From NCBI RefSeq assembly GCF_006345805.1, contig NC_043006.1:37820001-37884000 (forward strand): a stretch of 64,000 nt of DNA. The letters are read 5' to 3'. Within the stretch, counting starts at the first letter, position 1, and each line of letters opens with the position of its first letter. The position numbers and the translations under genes were made by a program. The notes under the pieces are model-generated. The model made no database searches. It was not told the origin of the DNA and saw only the letters and a program-made list of their open reading frames with translations. Shown piece by piece: positions 28,920-40,646 of the stretch. This DNA comes from Octopus sinensis. Its lineage: Eukaryota.

Positions 28920-29080
28920 GTTCTATATTTAAGTGATGAGGAATTATGTACATTATTTACATTTGATGGATATTTGTTCTCATCTTGTTCGTTGTTAACA
29001 CAACATTTTGGCTGATATACCCTCCAACCTTCATCAGGTGTCTTGGGGAAATGTCAAACCTTGGTTCTCATTCTTAAGGT

Positions 29081-29129
<49 letters not shown>

Positions 29130-29287
29130 TAATAATAATAATAACAACAACATTGAAAAATACCTTAGGAATGGGAATTCCGGTTCAAAATTTTCCCAAA
29201 ACACCTGAGGAAGGCTGGAGAGTATATCAGCTGAAACATTGTGATAACAACAAACAAGATGAGGACAAATATCCGTCAAATGTAAAT
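28920..29287. mobile_element. Inverted pair of hammerhead-bearing repeats around (AAT)n, flanked by a 16-bp direct repeat
   Basis: Arms ~28950-29083 and ~29159-29290; motifs at 28998-29041 (-) and 29201-29244 (+); aatacttctagatatt at 28904-28919 and 29288-29303. Confidence 0.85.
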
Positions 29288-29649
29288 AATACTTCTAGAT
29301 ATTTAACTAAAAATCTCCACAGGCTCAAGTAAAACATAATATTTCACCCACAATATCCCCAAAGATTCATTTGCTTTTAAAGTTTTAAATCAATATGTTC
29401 TTAATATATGTGTGTCTGTATTGATAAATGTCTGTACATTAATATATGTTCTATTCACCCATTCAGGCATGAGTGAGGATTTGTGCATTGGAACTTACAT
29501 GTAGGCGTAGGTATACGTATGTGGTTAGGAAGCTTGTTTGTCAACAATGAGTTTCAGTTTCAGTTCCACTGTACAGTACCTTGGGTTGGGCTAATGCCTT
29601 GTGAAGGAATTTAGTAGACGGAAACTGTGTGGAAGCCTATCATGTATGT

Positions 29650-30056
29650 AGGGCTGCCTTACTGGTTTCTGGGCCGGTAGCACATAAAAAGCACAATCCG
29701 AACATGGCCGATGCCAGTGCCCCCAAACTGGTTCCTGTGCCAGTGGCACATAAAAAGCACCATCAGAATGTGGCTGATGCCAGTGCCCCTTGACTGGCTT
29801 TCTTGCCAGTGACATGTAAAAAGCACCATCCAAATGTGGCCGATGTCAGTACCCCCTGATTGACTCCCTTGCTGGTGGCATGTAAAAAGCACCTACTACA
29901 TTCTTGGAGTAGTTGGCATTAGGAAGGGCATCTAGCCGTAGAAACATTGCCAGATCAGACTGGAGCCTGGTGCAGCCACTGGGTTTCCAAAACTTACTTT
30001 AACCACCGAACCCATGCCAGCATGGAAAACAGACGTTAAACGATGATGATGATGAT
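29650..30056 (+). mobile_element. SINE family C (RTE-type tail ...cccatgccagcatggaaa..gacgttaaacgatgatgat) with internal ~64-bp tandem units
   Basis: aaaaagcacc unit repeated ~4 times. Other copies at 12165-12520, 24140-24470, 32360-32597, 42365-42900 (+) and 1695-1880, 36262-37050, 51810-52230 (-). Confidence 0.8.
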
Positions 30057-30366
30057 ATAGGCACAAGACCTGACATTTGGCGTGAGGAGGCTAGTCGATT
30101 ACATCAATCCCAGTGTTTCACTGGTATTTAATTTATTGACCCTGAAAGGATAAAAGGCAAAGTTGACCTCAGTGGAATTTGAACTCAGGACATAGTGACG
30201 GGTGAAATACCATTAAGCATTTCATCTAGCGTGCTAACGATTCCATCAGCCCTCAATAAATATATATATATATGTGTATATATATATATACAAATGTGAC
30301 CTCATGTGTACCGTTGGCGATTTTTTTTCCTCTGTCTCCCCTTCTCTGGGTCTTTCCTTCTCCTAT

Positions 30367-30401
30367 GTTTCCGACGAAGAGCTCCGCTCGAAACGTTAAA
30401 C
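30367..30401 (+). ncRNA. Minimal hammerhead motif, U4C variant
   Basis: gttt-CCGACGA-A-GAGC-tcc-GCTC-GAAAC-GTT-aaac. CpGs are intact, suggesting a young copy; the host repeat 30292-30490 sits between (TA)n tracts. Confidence 0.6.
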
Positions 30402-31787
30402 CCTCCTTCTTTCCTGAGCATCCAATAATACTATATTTGTTCCACGTCCTCACGTTGTTTGTTTTTTTGTGCTTTCTTGTTTGGATTAACTATATATATA
30501 TATATATATATTTATATGAGTGTGTATGTGTGTGTATATAATATATATAATAAGGACTTTCTGAACCTTTAAACTGCTTTTCCAAATGCTATGGTGTGTA
30601 TGTTCCTTCCCGGTCCCAGGATGGGAAGGCAAACTATTGCAAGATGACTCATTTTTGATAACTGAGCACACTGAAGCAACATGAAATGAAGTGTTTTGCT
30701 CAAGAAATACACCTCCATACACACACACACACGATTGGGTGTGTGTGTCTGTGTGTGTTACCCTGCCACCTCCACCTGACAACTGGTGTTGGTTTGTTTA
30801 CATCCTAGTAAATTAGTAGTTCTGCAAAAGAGAGCAGAATAAGTACCTGACTTATAAAAGCATAAGTAATGGGTCAATTTGCTGAAGAAAAAACCCTTCA
30901 AGATGATGCCCCAGCATGGCCATAAGTATAAAAAATATAAAATAAAGGACACAAAAGCATTTTTGAATACCAAAGACTAAAGATGAGTACCCTAAACCAA
31001 CTTTATGGCAACTATAGGGTAAAGATCCCCTTCGGTCATGAATAGGCAAGGTTGTTTATGGAAGACCAGCAGTCTCCCATGGAAACCAGCCTTCCCTCTG
31101 CACACCACTATATGTACATAGGGTAATGAGTAAAGATCCCTTTTGGTCATGAATGACCATGGGATTGCACCTAGAAAGTTCCCTCCAAGGCACAAATCTG
31201 AGTAAGGTTGTTTATAGAAGACCATCAGCTGTCCATGCATACCAGCCTCCCCTCTCAATACCACCGATGTTATCCAACATGAAACAGAGCATCTTGCTCA
31301 AGAACACAACACACAGCCCAGTCCGGGAATCAAACTCACTACCTCATGATTGTTAGCCCGATGCTTTAACCACTCAGGCAGACACCTTCACATTTAACTA
31401 TAGAAACAACAGAAAAAAAAATGAACTTAAAGCAGACAGGTGAGGAGAAAGAACCTGATGAATTCATTAGAAGACCAAACGAGAGGAGAACATGACAGAA
31501 GAAGAATCGTTTGATGCACAAGACATGAGAAATTTCAGAAAGAGACAATTTCATAACATAAGAGCAAACAGAGAACTATTCACAGAAGCAGATTTTAAAT
31601 TCTGCCACTGAAGAGAAACGGACATATTGTGCTGGTTTTTTTTTTTTAAACACAAGACAGTTCAATACAGAAAGAAATACTAAGCGATTATGGCATTTCA
31701 AGAATTGTTGTCACAAAAGCAGATTGCCAGTTCCAATAGCATGAGAATTTCTGGCTTATTTAAGATCTCCCATAATCTATCGTCATC

Positions 31788-31821
<34 letters not shown>

Positions 31822-32617
31822 CCACCACCACCACCATCACCATCATCGTCATCGCCATTGTCATCATCATTGTTGTCAGCATCGCCATCACCAATGATGT
31901 TGTCATTGCCATCGCACTCGTCATCGTCATCACTATTGTCATCAGTATTGTCATCATCACTGTCATTATTATCATCATTGTAATAATTTTACTGTCCATT
32001 TTTCCATGATCATATGATCTAAATGGAATTTGCTGGTGACTTGATATACAGCTGGATGCTCTTCCTGCCACCAACCATCACCTATTTTTTTATCTTTTAT
32101 CTGTTTCAGTTATTAGACTGTGGTCATGCAGGGGCACTGCCTCAAAAAATTCTTAGTTGAATAAATCTACCCCAGTACATCTTTTAAAATAACCCTAGTA
32201 CTTATTCCATCAATCTCAATTCCTGAACTGTTGAGTTACAGGGACATAAACACACCGACACTGGTTATCAAGTGGTGGTGGGAAACATACACAGACACAA
32301 AGACACACACATAATTCTATATATACATACATACATATATATATATATATACATATAAAAAACACCATCCGAGCGTGGCCGTTTGTCAGCCTCGTCTGGC
32401 ACCTGTGTCGGTGGCACATAAAATCACCCACTACACTCTCGGAGTGGTTGGCGTTAGGAAGGGCATCCAGCTGTAGAAACACTGCCAGATCTGACTGGAC
32501 TGGTGCAGCTTTCGGGCTCCCCAGACCCCAGTTGAACCGTCCAACCCATGCTAGCATGGAAAGCGGACGTTAAATGATGATGATGATGATGATGATGATA
32601 TACATATATATATATAC

Positions 32618-32690
<73 letters not shown>

Positions 32691-32747
32691 TTAGTGAATT
32701 GAAGAAATGGAGTTGAACGAAGATTGAACAGAAATCGTTTTATTGCA

Positions 32748-32827
32748 TTCTACACGTGTTTCGAAAGGCACAATTTACCAAATTCTGATTGAATAAGGAG
32801 ACCATATTGTGTCTTTCTCTTCAGGAA
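32748..32827 (-). ncRNA. Type I hammerhead motif (left arm)
   Basis: Mirror image of 33669-33748. Confidence 0.75.
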
Positions 32828-33668
32828 GAAATAGGAAATCCGTTGGAAAAAACAAAAACAGAACAGAGGCGGAGCAAAACAAATCGAACGAGGCTCCTAA
32901 GAGCCCATGGCCAAACTGTTTATCAATGGAAAACTGGTGGTGGGTGCGTTGAAGGTTTTAACGGGTCAGGCAGCGGTCATTCCGGTGGGTGGGAGCACGG
33001 GGTGCTTAGATGTTCTTTGTGACCGAGACTAAAGTTCTGACTATTTAAAGAATATTAGGTGTATTATATGGGGCGAGACAAAATCTACTTAGAAACATGT
33101 GTGTGTGTACTGTTCTATGTGTTTGTATGTGCGTTTGATCACGTGGCCATCAGTTGGTAAACAGCCCTGCACAATGGTCACTGCTGTAAAATCCGTCGGG
33201 TGGCAGAAAAAAATTTTTTATGTGTGTGTGTGTTCGTCTAAACCTGCCTTGTCAAAGAAACCCCCCGTCGTCAAGACAAACCCCCATTCGAATGGGGGTT
33301 TTACAGCAGTGACCATTGTGCAGGGCTGTTTACCAACTGACGGCCACGTGATCAAACGCACATACAAACACATAGAACAGTACACACACACATGTTTCTA
33401 AGTAGATTTTGTCTCGCCCCATATAATACACCTAATATTCTTTAAATAGTCAGAACTTTAGTCTCGGTCACAAAGAACATCTAAGCACCCCGTGCTCCCA
33501 CCCACCGGAATGACCGCTGCCTGACCCGTTAAAACCTTCAACGCACCCACCACCAGTTTTCAACATACATTGATAAACAGTTTGGCCATGGGCTCTTAGG
33601 AGCCTCGTTCGATTTGTTTTGCTCCGCCTCTGTTCTGTTTTTGTTTTTTCCAACGGATTTCCTATTTC

Positions 33669-33748
33669 TTCCTGAAGAGAAAGACACAATATGGTCTCCT
33701 TATTCAATCGGAATTTGGTAAATTGTGCCTTTCGAAACACGTGTAGAA
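33669..33748 (+). ncRNA. Type I hammerhead motif (right arm)
   Basis: ttc-CTGAAGA-GAAAGaCACAAT...ATTGTGcCTTTC-GAAAC-ACGT-GTA-gaa; canonical core, 11 of 12 bp in stem II, palindromic stem III ACACGTGT; AATAAA at 33752. Confidence 0.78.
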
Positions 33749-33969
33749 TGCAATAAAACGATTTATGTTCAATCTTCGTTCAACTCCATTTCTTCAATTC
33801 ACTAATAATATTAAAATTCAATTATCCGCACCAACGCACGGTTGCAACACCATATGGTTGTACCTCCAACCGTGTTGTCTTCTGCTGTGATTTTTGCTAC
33901 CAAGGTATCGGTTAAACTTTTGATTAATCTGCAACAAGATTATTCATCTTTCTATTTCACAAAATATAT

Positions 33970-34005
<36 letters not shown>

Positions 34006-34038
34006 CAGATATATATATACATATATATATATATACAG

Positions 34039-34076
<38 letters not shown>

Positions 34077-34113
34077 ACATATATATATATATATATAAAT
34101 ACATATACATATA

Positions 34114-34147
<34 letters not shown>

Positions 34148-34159
34148 CATATACATATA

Positions 34160-35450
34160 CGAGGGACGTTCAATAAGTAATGCCCCTGACCCACTTGCAC
34201 TTGATTGATCTTGCTGAAATTTTGCATGTGCAATCATTTATATCTCTATAGAGTAAGTGGCAAATTACAGCTCTGAATTAATTGTGGTTTCTGATTTACA
34301 GGTGTTTGAACCGAGTCAAGTGTGAAATGGAGCCTGTTGAGTGTCGAGCAGTGATCCGGTTTTTGTATTTGAAAGGACGCACACCACGGGAGACTTTTGA
34401 TGAAATGAAAGTAACTTATGGTGATGATGCCCCATCATATGACCTTGTAAAACACTGGCATCGTGAATTCAAACATGGTCGGAACTCTGTGGAAGCAGCT
34501 CCCAGATCTGGTCGCCCCCTTCTGCCATTGATGAGGCATCTGTCCGTCAAGTTGAGGCTGCCATTTTGGAAGATCGACGCATAATTATTCGCCAAATAGC
34601 CCATGAGGTCAAGATTAGTACCGGGTCTGTGGAAACTATCATTCATGACCATTTGCATATGCAAAAGGTGTCTGCCAGATGGATTCCCAGGCTGCTCATG
34701 CCTTTCCAGAAGCAAGAACGCGTCGAGTGCTCGAGGGTGAATTTGGAGATGTGCCAAGAAGATGAGTCAAAATTTTTCAAAAGACTGATTACACAGGATG
34801 AAACCTGGGTCCATCACGATGATCCAGAGACCAAAGCCCAGTCAATGCAGTGGAAGCACCGTGACTCACCCCCTCCAAAGAAGGCAAGGGTGCAGCCCTC
34901 CGCTGGCAAGGTCATGCTCACAGTCTTCTGGGACCAGGACGGAGTAGTGATGACAGATTTCCTGGCAAAGGGTACCACAACTACAGGAGCCTATTATGCT
35001 TCACTTTTGAGGAAATTAAGAGAAGTTATCAAAATCAAGAGGCGGGGCAAGATCAGCAAAGGCATCCTCCTCCTGCAGGACAATGCTCCGGTCCACAACT
35101 CGTTTGTCGCCAGATCAGAAGCACAGGCGTATGGCTATGAACTCCTCCCCATCCCCCCTACTTTCCTGATTTTGCACCCTCTGATTTTCACCTCTTCCCA
35201 ATCATGAAGTTGTTTTTGAAAGGAAAGCGTTTCCCAGATGATGCAGCTTTGATTTCTGAAGTCACGTTGAGGTTGGAGGACCAAGCTGGGTTCTTCTACA
35301 AAAACGGTCTCCAGAGCCGCATCAAATGATGGGCGAAATGCGTAACTCGGGGTGGTTCATATGTAGAAAAAGACTAATAACTGTGCCAAGTTTCGTTGCT
35401 CTACTGCTATGGGAAGTGGGTCAGGGGCATTACTTATTGAACGCCCCTCG
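34160..35450 (+). mobile_element. Full-length (1291 bp) mariner transposon, DD34D
   Basis: 37-bp TIRs (34160-34196 and 35414-35450, one mismatch) with TA on both sides. Confidence 0.97.
34327..35377 (+). pseudogene. Mariner transposase with two frameshifts (~34519, ~35150) and a late premature stop
   Basis: PRSGRP, WIPRLL, TQDETW, QDNAPVH, PPYFPDFAPSDFHLFP and GSYVEKD*; 34 residues separate the second and third catalytic Asp. Confidence 0.95.
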
Positions 35451-35706
35451 TATATAAATATATATATATATATACACACACATATATATATATATATATA
35501 CACATATATATATATATACACATATATATATATATATGTATACCACCAAGTAAGTTAGGGGTTGTGGATCCAACCCACCAAGGGATAATACTTATCCAAT
35601 ATACTGTTGGTATAATACCCAATTTTTAATACACAAGTGTTTTTAGTTGCAATGCAATAAACTTATTGTATTAAATGGGTGAAGTAAAAAAATATTTTAC
35701 CATTAT

Positions 35707-35738
<32 letters not shown>

Positions 35739-35829
35739 CTCCATGACATATATATATATATATATATATATAACTTTGAAATAAGAAAATGAAGGTAATG
35801 GAAAAAAATTTACATACAGATGATTCCTA

Positions 35830-35914
35830 CCTACAGCAGTTTCCATACACAATTCTTTAATTTCAGAAATAAAATTCCATATACGAAACCAGAGAAATGT
35901 GTATATCCTCAGGG
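35830..35914 (-). ncRNA. Type I hammerhead motif with long stem II
   Basis: Reverse complement: cc-CTGAGGA-TATACACAtTTCT...AGAAtTGTGTATG-GAAAC-TGCT-GTA-gg; the U-rich tail runs into (TA)n at ~35771. Confidence 0.65.
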
Positions 35915-36589
35915 AGAATTTCTAAAGGAAATTTAACAACGTATAGGCTAATCTATGACAAACTCAGAAGTATTCTTTTACTTGTTTCGGTCATTTGACT
36001 GTGGCCATGCTGGAGCACCACCTTTAGTCGAGCAAATCGACCCCAGGACATATTCTGTGTAAGCCTAGTACTTATTCTATCGGTTTCTTTTGCGAAACCA
36101 CTAAGTTACAGGAATATAAACGCACTAGTATCAGTTGTCAAGCAATGTTGGGGGGACAAACAAAGACCCACAAATATGCACACGCATACACACACACACA
36201 TACATATATATGATAGGCTTCTTTCAGATTCCATCAACCAAATCCACTCACAAGGCTTTGGTCATCATCATTTAATGTCCATTTTCCATGCTGGCCTGAG
36301 TTGGACGGTTTAACTGAGGACTGGTAAGGCAGGAGGCTGCACCAAAGCTCCAATCTACAGCTGGATGCCCTTCCTAATGCCCACCACTCCGAGAGTGTAG
36401 TGGATGCTTTTTACATGCCACCATCTGTGAGCCAGTCAGGCGGCACTGGCATCGGCCACATTCGGATGGTGCTTTTTACCTGTCACTGGCACAGGAGCCA
36501 GTTGGGGTGGGGGGAAGGGAGGGCTGGCATCAACCACATTTGGATGGTGCTTTTTACATGCCTCCGGCATGGGGATCCAGTCAGGCAGC

Positions 36590-36935
36590 ACTGGCAACGA
36601 CCCACACATGAATGGTTCCTACTGCATGCCACCAGCATGGGAGCCAGTCAGGCGGCACTGGCATCGACCCATGCATGAATCTTCTTATTGCATGCCACCA
36701 GCATGGGGGCCAGTCAGGCAGCTCTGGCATCGACCCATGCATGAATGGTGCTTATTGCATGCCACCAGCATGGGAGCCAGCCAGGTGGCACTGGCATCAA
36801 CCCACACATGAATTGTGCTTATTGCTTGCCACAGGTACGAGCAGCCAGTCAGGCAGGATTGGCAGCGAGCTATGCATGAATGGTGCTTATTGCGTGCCAC
36901 CAGCACGGGGAGGCAGTCAGGTGGCACTGGCATCG
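36590..36935 (-). repeat. ~60-bp minisatellite (~6 units) inside a family C SINE
   Basis: Repeated unit catgaatggtgcttattgcatgccaccagcatgggagccagtcaggcggcactggcatcgaccc. Confidence 0.85.
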
Positions 36936-38521
36936 GCCACGACTACAATTTCCATTTTTGATTTCAATTTGATTGAGAATCTGATTGCGATTTTGATTTT
37001 ACTTGACTCAATAAGTCTCCTCAAGCACAGTGTGTCACCCAACGAAATACTCTTTTAAAAAACTGAGAGTACCACTATGTAAGGTGACATACTCAATAAC
37101 CAAAACAAGGCAGTAGTATTTGCTTATTGAAATGACTACACAAGAATACAACTTTAGTGGAGATTTATCACCAAATTACAAGGATAATCTCAATTAATCA
37201 ATATTTTACCTATGTGACAGGCTTATTCTACGTGCACAGAAGAACTGTCTCTATCATTTTTTTTTGAGATTAGTAAAAGTAAATAAATGGAAAAAAGTGA
37301 ATAGCTGCAGTTTGTCAGTCATTGGGGTATTGTGTGAACGTCTGCGGCGGCAGAATGGTAATTAAAGAGGCATGAATGTCTTTTAGTGAAAATGAGATTC
37401 ATTGGTGCGGAAAGATTCCTGGTTTTGTTGTTTTGGAGATCAGGGTAGCAGTGTTAGGAGGTGAAGAATTTCTGGTGAGAAATGGGTGAATGCGTGCGTG
37501 GAGACAGTGATTATGAGGAGTTGAAGAATTTGATGTCTTTTTTTTTCTTTTTGCTTTTTTTGTAAAAATGATTTAGTTTATGGGATGAGACAGTGGAGAA
37601 GGGGGGCGTGTTGCAAAGCAAGGACTTGGAATCATTGTGTTTGTTTATTTATTTTATAATTTGTATCCAAAGTAGAGAGAGGGAAGGGGAGAGAAGGGGG
37701 AGAGAAGGAGGGAGAGGAGAGAAGGGGGGAGAGAAGGAGGGTGAGGGGAGAGAGGGGGAGAGGAGGGAGAGGAGAGAGAGAGGGGAGAGGGAGATGAGGA
37801 AGAGGGAGATGAGGAAGAGGGAGAGGAGAAAGGGGAGTGGGAAGAAAATGAGTGTTTGTATGTATAGGGTGAGTGGGAAACAGACATGTGTTGTGTCTGT
37901 GTGTGTGGGGTGGGGAGTGATTGAGAAGCTTGCTTTGCAACCACATGGTTTTGGGTTCAGTCCCACTGCATGGCAAGTATCTTCTATTTTAGCCCCAAGT
38001 TCACAAATGTCTTGTGAATTTGGTCAATGGATATTGTGTGGAAGCCCATCTCACACACACACATATATATATATGTTGTGTGTGTGTGTATCTGTCTATC
38101 TATCACTTTATATATGTTGTGTGTGTGTGTGTGCATATGTGTGTATGCCTGTTTTTATCCCCCGCCAACTATTTTGACAACCAGTGCTGGTTCATTCATC
38201 TTCCTGTAATTTAGCCATTCAATAAAGGAGAATGAAAGAAAAAGTACCAGACTTAAAAATAAGTATTGGGGCCAATCTGACTAACTGAAACCTTCAAGGT
38301 GGTGCCCCAGCATGGCCGTAGCCCAATGAATGAAACAAGTAAAAGATGAAAGGCGCCGTGTGGTTTTAAGGATGATAGTTGTCCAACCATTTCCCTGAGG
38401 TTAGCTTTCAGGCAATACAACAGACTACCATCACCAATTCTTTCTCTTAACACCTATTACCATTCCGACAAATTGCTGGTGATTAGAAGTTGGGTACTCA
38501 ATGCCTTAAAATACTCATTCA

Positions 38522-38672
38522 GACGTGGCTGTGTCGTAAGTAGCTTGCTTATCAACCACATGGTTCTGGGTTCATTCCCACAGCGTAGCACCTTGGGCAA
38601 GTGTCTTCTACTTTGGGCCAACCAAAGCCTTGTGCGTGGATTTGGTAGACAGAAACTGAAAGAAGCCCGTTG

Positions 38673-38704
<32 letters not shown>

Positions 38705-38942
38705 CATATATATATGTATGTATGTATGTGTGTGTGTGTTTATGTGTTTGTGTTTGTTCCCCCAACATCGCTTGACAACCGATGGTGGTGTGTTTACGTC
38801 CCTGTAACTTAGCGGTTTGGCAAAAGAGGCAGATAGAATAAGTACTAGGCTTACAAAGAATAAGTCCTGGGGTTGATTTGCTCAACTAAAAGGTGGTGCT
38901 CCAGCATGGCCACAGTCAAATGATTGAAACGAGTAAAAGAGT
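38522..38942 (+). mobile_element. SINE family A, full length
   Basis: Head, central microsatellite and tail present. Similar copies at 21555-21943, 37915-38345, 50745-51125, 51410-51785 and 52964-53385. Confidence 0.9.
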
Positions 38943-39894
38943 ATTCATAAAATTAACCTTTACTCAAACCAGTAGATTTCCAGCTGATTGACACGAGTAA
39001 AAGAGGCTTCTTTGAAACAACAGCTTCTTTTCAGATCAGACAGCAACAAGCTTGTGAAGTAATTCACCAAAGAAGGACAACAGAGGAGACATTTCCAGAC
39101 GTCAATTCAAAGACATTACAATTATGTTATTATATAACCCTCTCTGACAGTTTCATTAGTAAAGTGATTGTATTTAGTTTTTGTTTTTCATAGTTTTGCT
39201 GTTAATTTCTATTTCATCACCGTCATATATGTTTTGCATCATTTGACATTATCGTCAACTTGTTTACATTTTTGTTATATTATGTAAACAAAGATTCTGA
39301 AGAAATGGCATTATCACTGGCTTAGCGGAAGATACATTCACTCCAAGTACAAACATTTCTGTTCTGTAATTCATAACCTCGTGTATTCTATCATATTGTG
39401 TGAAATTATGTATGCCAACACAATATATTTTCGTTTTTGAGTTAAAACTATTTGAAATGATTTGGTTCTTGTCTTCAGATTTATTCAAACAGAAATCCTC
39501 CCTTTTAAATATTATTAGCTTTTGCAATCCATTGAGACTCATTTAAAATAGCTCATAGAATTCTATTCCATTCTGCTGTAATTATTACCATGAATAAATC
39601 ATGTATTTCAACTACACTTATCTTGTAGTGTTTAATATCTGCATCTTTAAAATAGTGATAAGGGATGGCAGAGTCAGACCTCACTAGGTAACCTTCTTTC
39701 ATAACCTTTCCTATTGCTCCCTGCTCCTGCCCATCATCATCATCATCATCATTTAACATCCATTTTCCATGCTGGCATGCGTTGGACAGTTTCATAGGAG
39801 CTAGAAAACTGGAGAGCAGCACCAGGCTCCAATTATCTGTTTCGGCATTGTTTCTATGGTTGGAATCAGAACCCAGATTCAAAATTTCCCCAAG

Positions 39895-39938
39895 ACACCT
39901 GATGAAGGCTGGAGGATATATCAGCTGAAACGTTGTGT
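39895..39938 (+). ncRNA. Minimal type I hammerhead motif (same family as 28998 and 29201)
   Basis: acac-CTGATGA-A-GGCTG-gaggatatat-CAGCT-GAAAC-GTT-gtgt; canonical core and 4-bp stem I. Confidence 0.72.
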
Positions 39939-40334
39939 TAACAGCATTTCGTCAAATGTAAAATAATGTAAATACAGTTGACCATTATCTTAATCTTTTG
40001 TTTTATCTGTTTCAGTCATTTAGCTGCGGCCATGTTGAAATGCCATCTGGAAGCATTTAACAGATCAAGCCTAGAACATACTGTCAGTCTGGTACTTATT
40101 CTATCAGTCTCTTCTGTCAAACTGCTAAGTTATGGGAATGCAGACAAGCCAATACCAGTTGTCAAGTGGTGTAGGTGTGGGTGGGGGAGACAAAAACCCA
40201 CATTTACACACACATATACGTATAGTTGTGGGTTCAGTCCCACTGTGTGGCACCTTGGGCAAGTGTCTTCTGCTATAGCCTCAGACTGACCAAAGCCTTG
40301 TGAGTGGATTTGGCAGATGGAAACTGAAAGAAGC

Positions 40335-40366
<32 letters not shown>

Positions 40367-40535
40367 CAAAATGAGAAAATGGAGAAACATACTTAAATCA
40401 ATCAATCATCAACCATCAGATAATACCCAATCAATACTTTATTACACCATTACATAACAGCAAAGACATTATACATAATATATTGTAAATATAACTAGAC
40501 ATGGAAATAGAAATATAAAATACAATTACATCATA

Positions 40536-40646
40536 TCTGACAGCTGTTTCAGCCGTGAGGACAAGTATGTCTCATTTAACCTATTAGCCATATAAAGCAG
40601 GTATAAATGAGACATTAACAAGGATGTCTCACGGCCTCTTCAGAGA
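40536..40646 (-). ncRNA. Type I hammerhead motif with extended stem II and GUC site
   Basis: Reverse complement: tct-CTGAAGA-GGCCGTGAG...ATGTCTCATTTA...TAAATGAGACAT...CTCACGGCT-GAAAC-AGCT-GTC-aga; AATAAA downstream; tail ends in (TA)n at ~40365. Confidence 0.8.

Larger units (their letters stand above)
32684..33965. mobile_element. Young inverted-repeat element: ~510-bp near-identical arms, ~100-bp spacer, 150-bp 3' extension, in (TA)n; Penelope-like terminal repeats
   Basis: 32684-33194 is the reverse complement of ~33296-33813, and the ORF track shows mirrored peptides. Each arm has a hammerhead followed by AATAAA. Confidence 0.9.

Noticed and set aside
32789-33740. Mirrored 77-100-aa ORFs in the large palindrome
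   Set aside because: They follow from the inverted symmetry; no RT, GIY-YIG or other recognisable motif.
39480-39700. Copia-like integrase trace (QQNGI) on the minus strand
   Set aside because: Single short motif with no LTRs or continuous frame.
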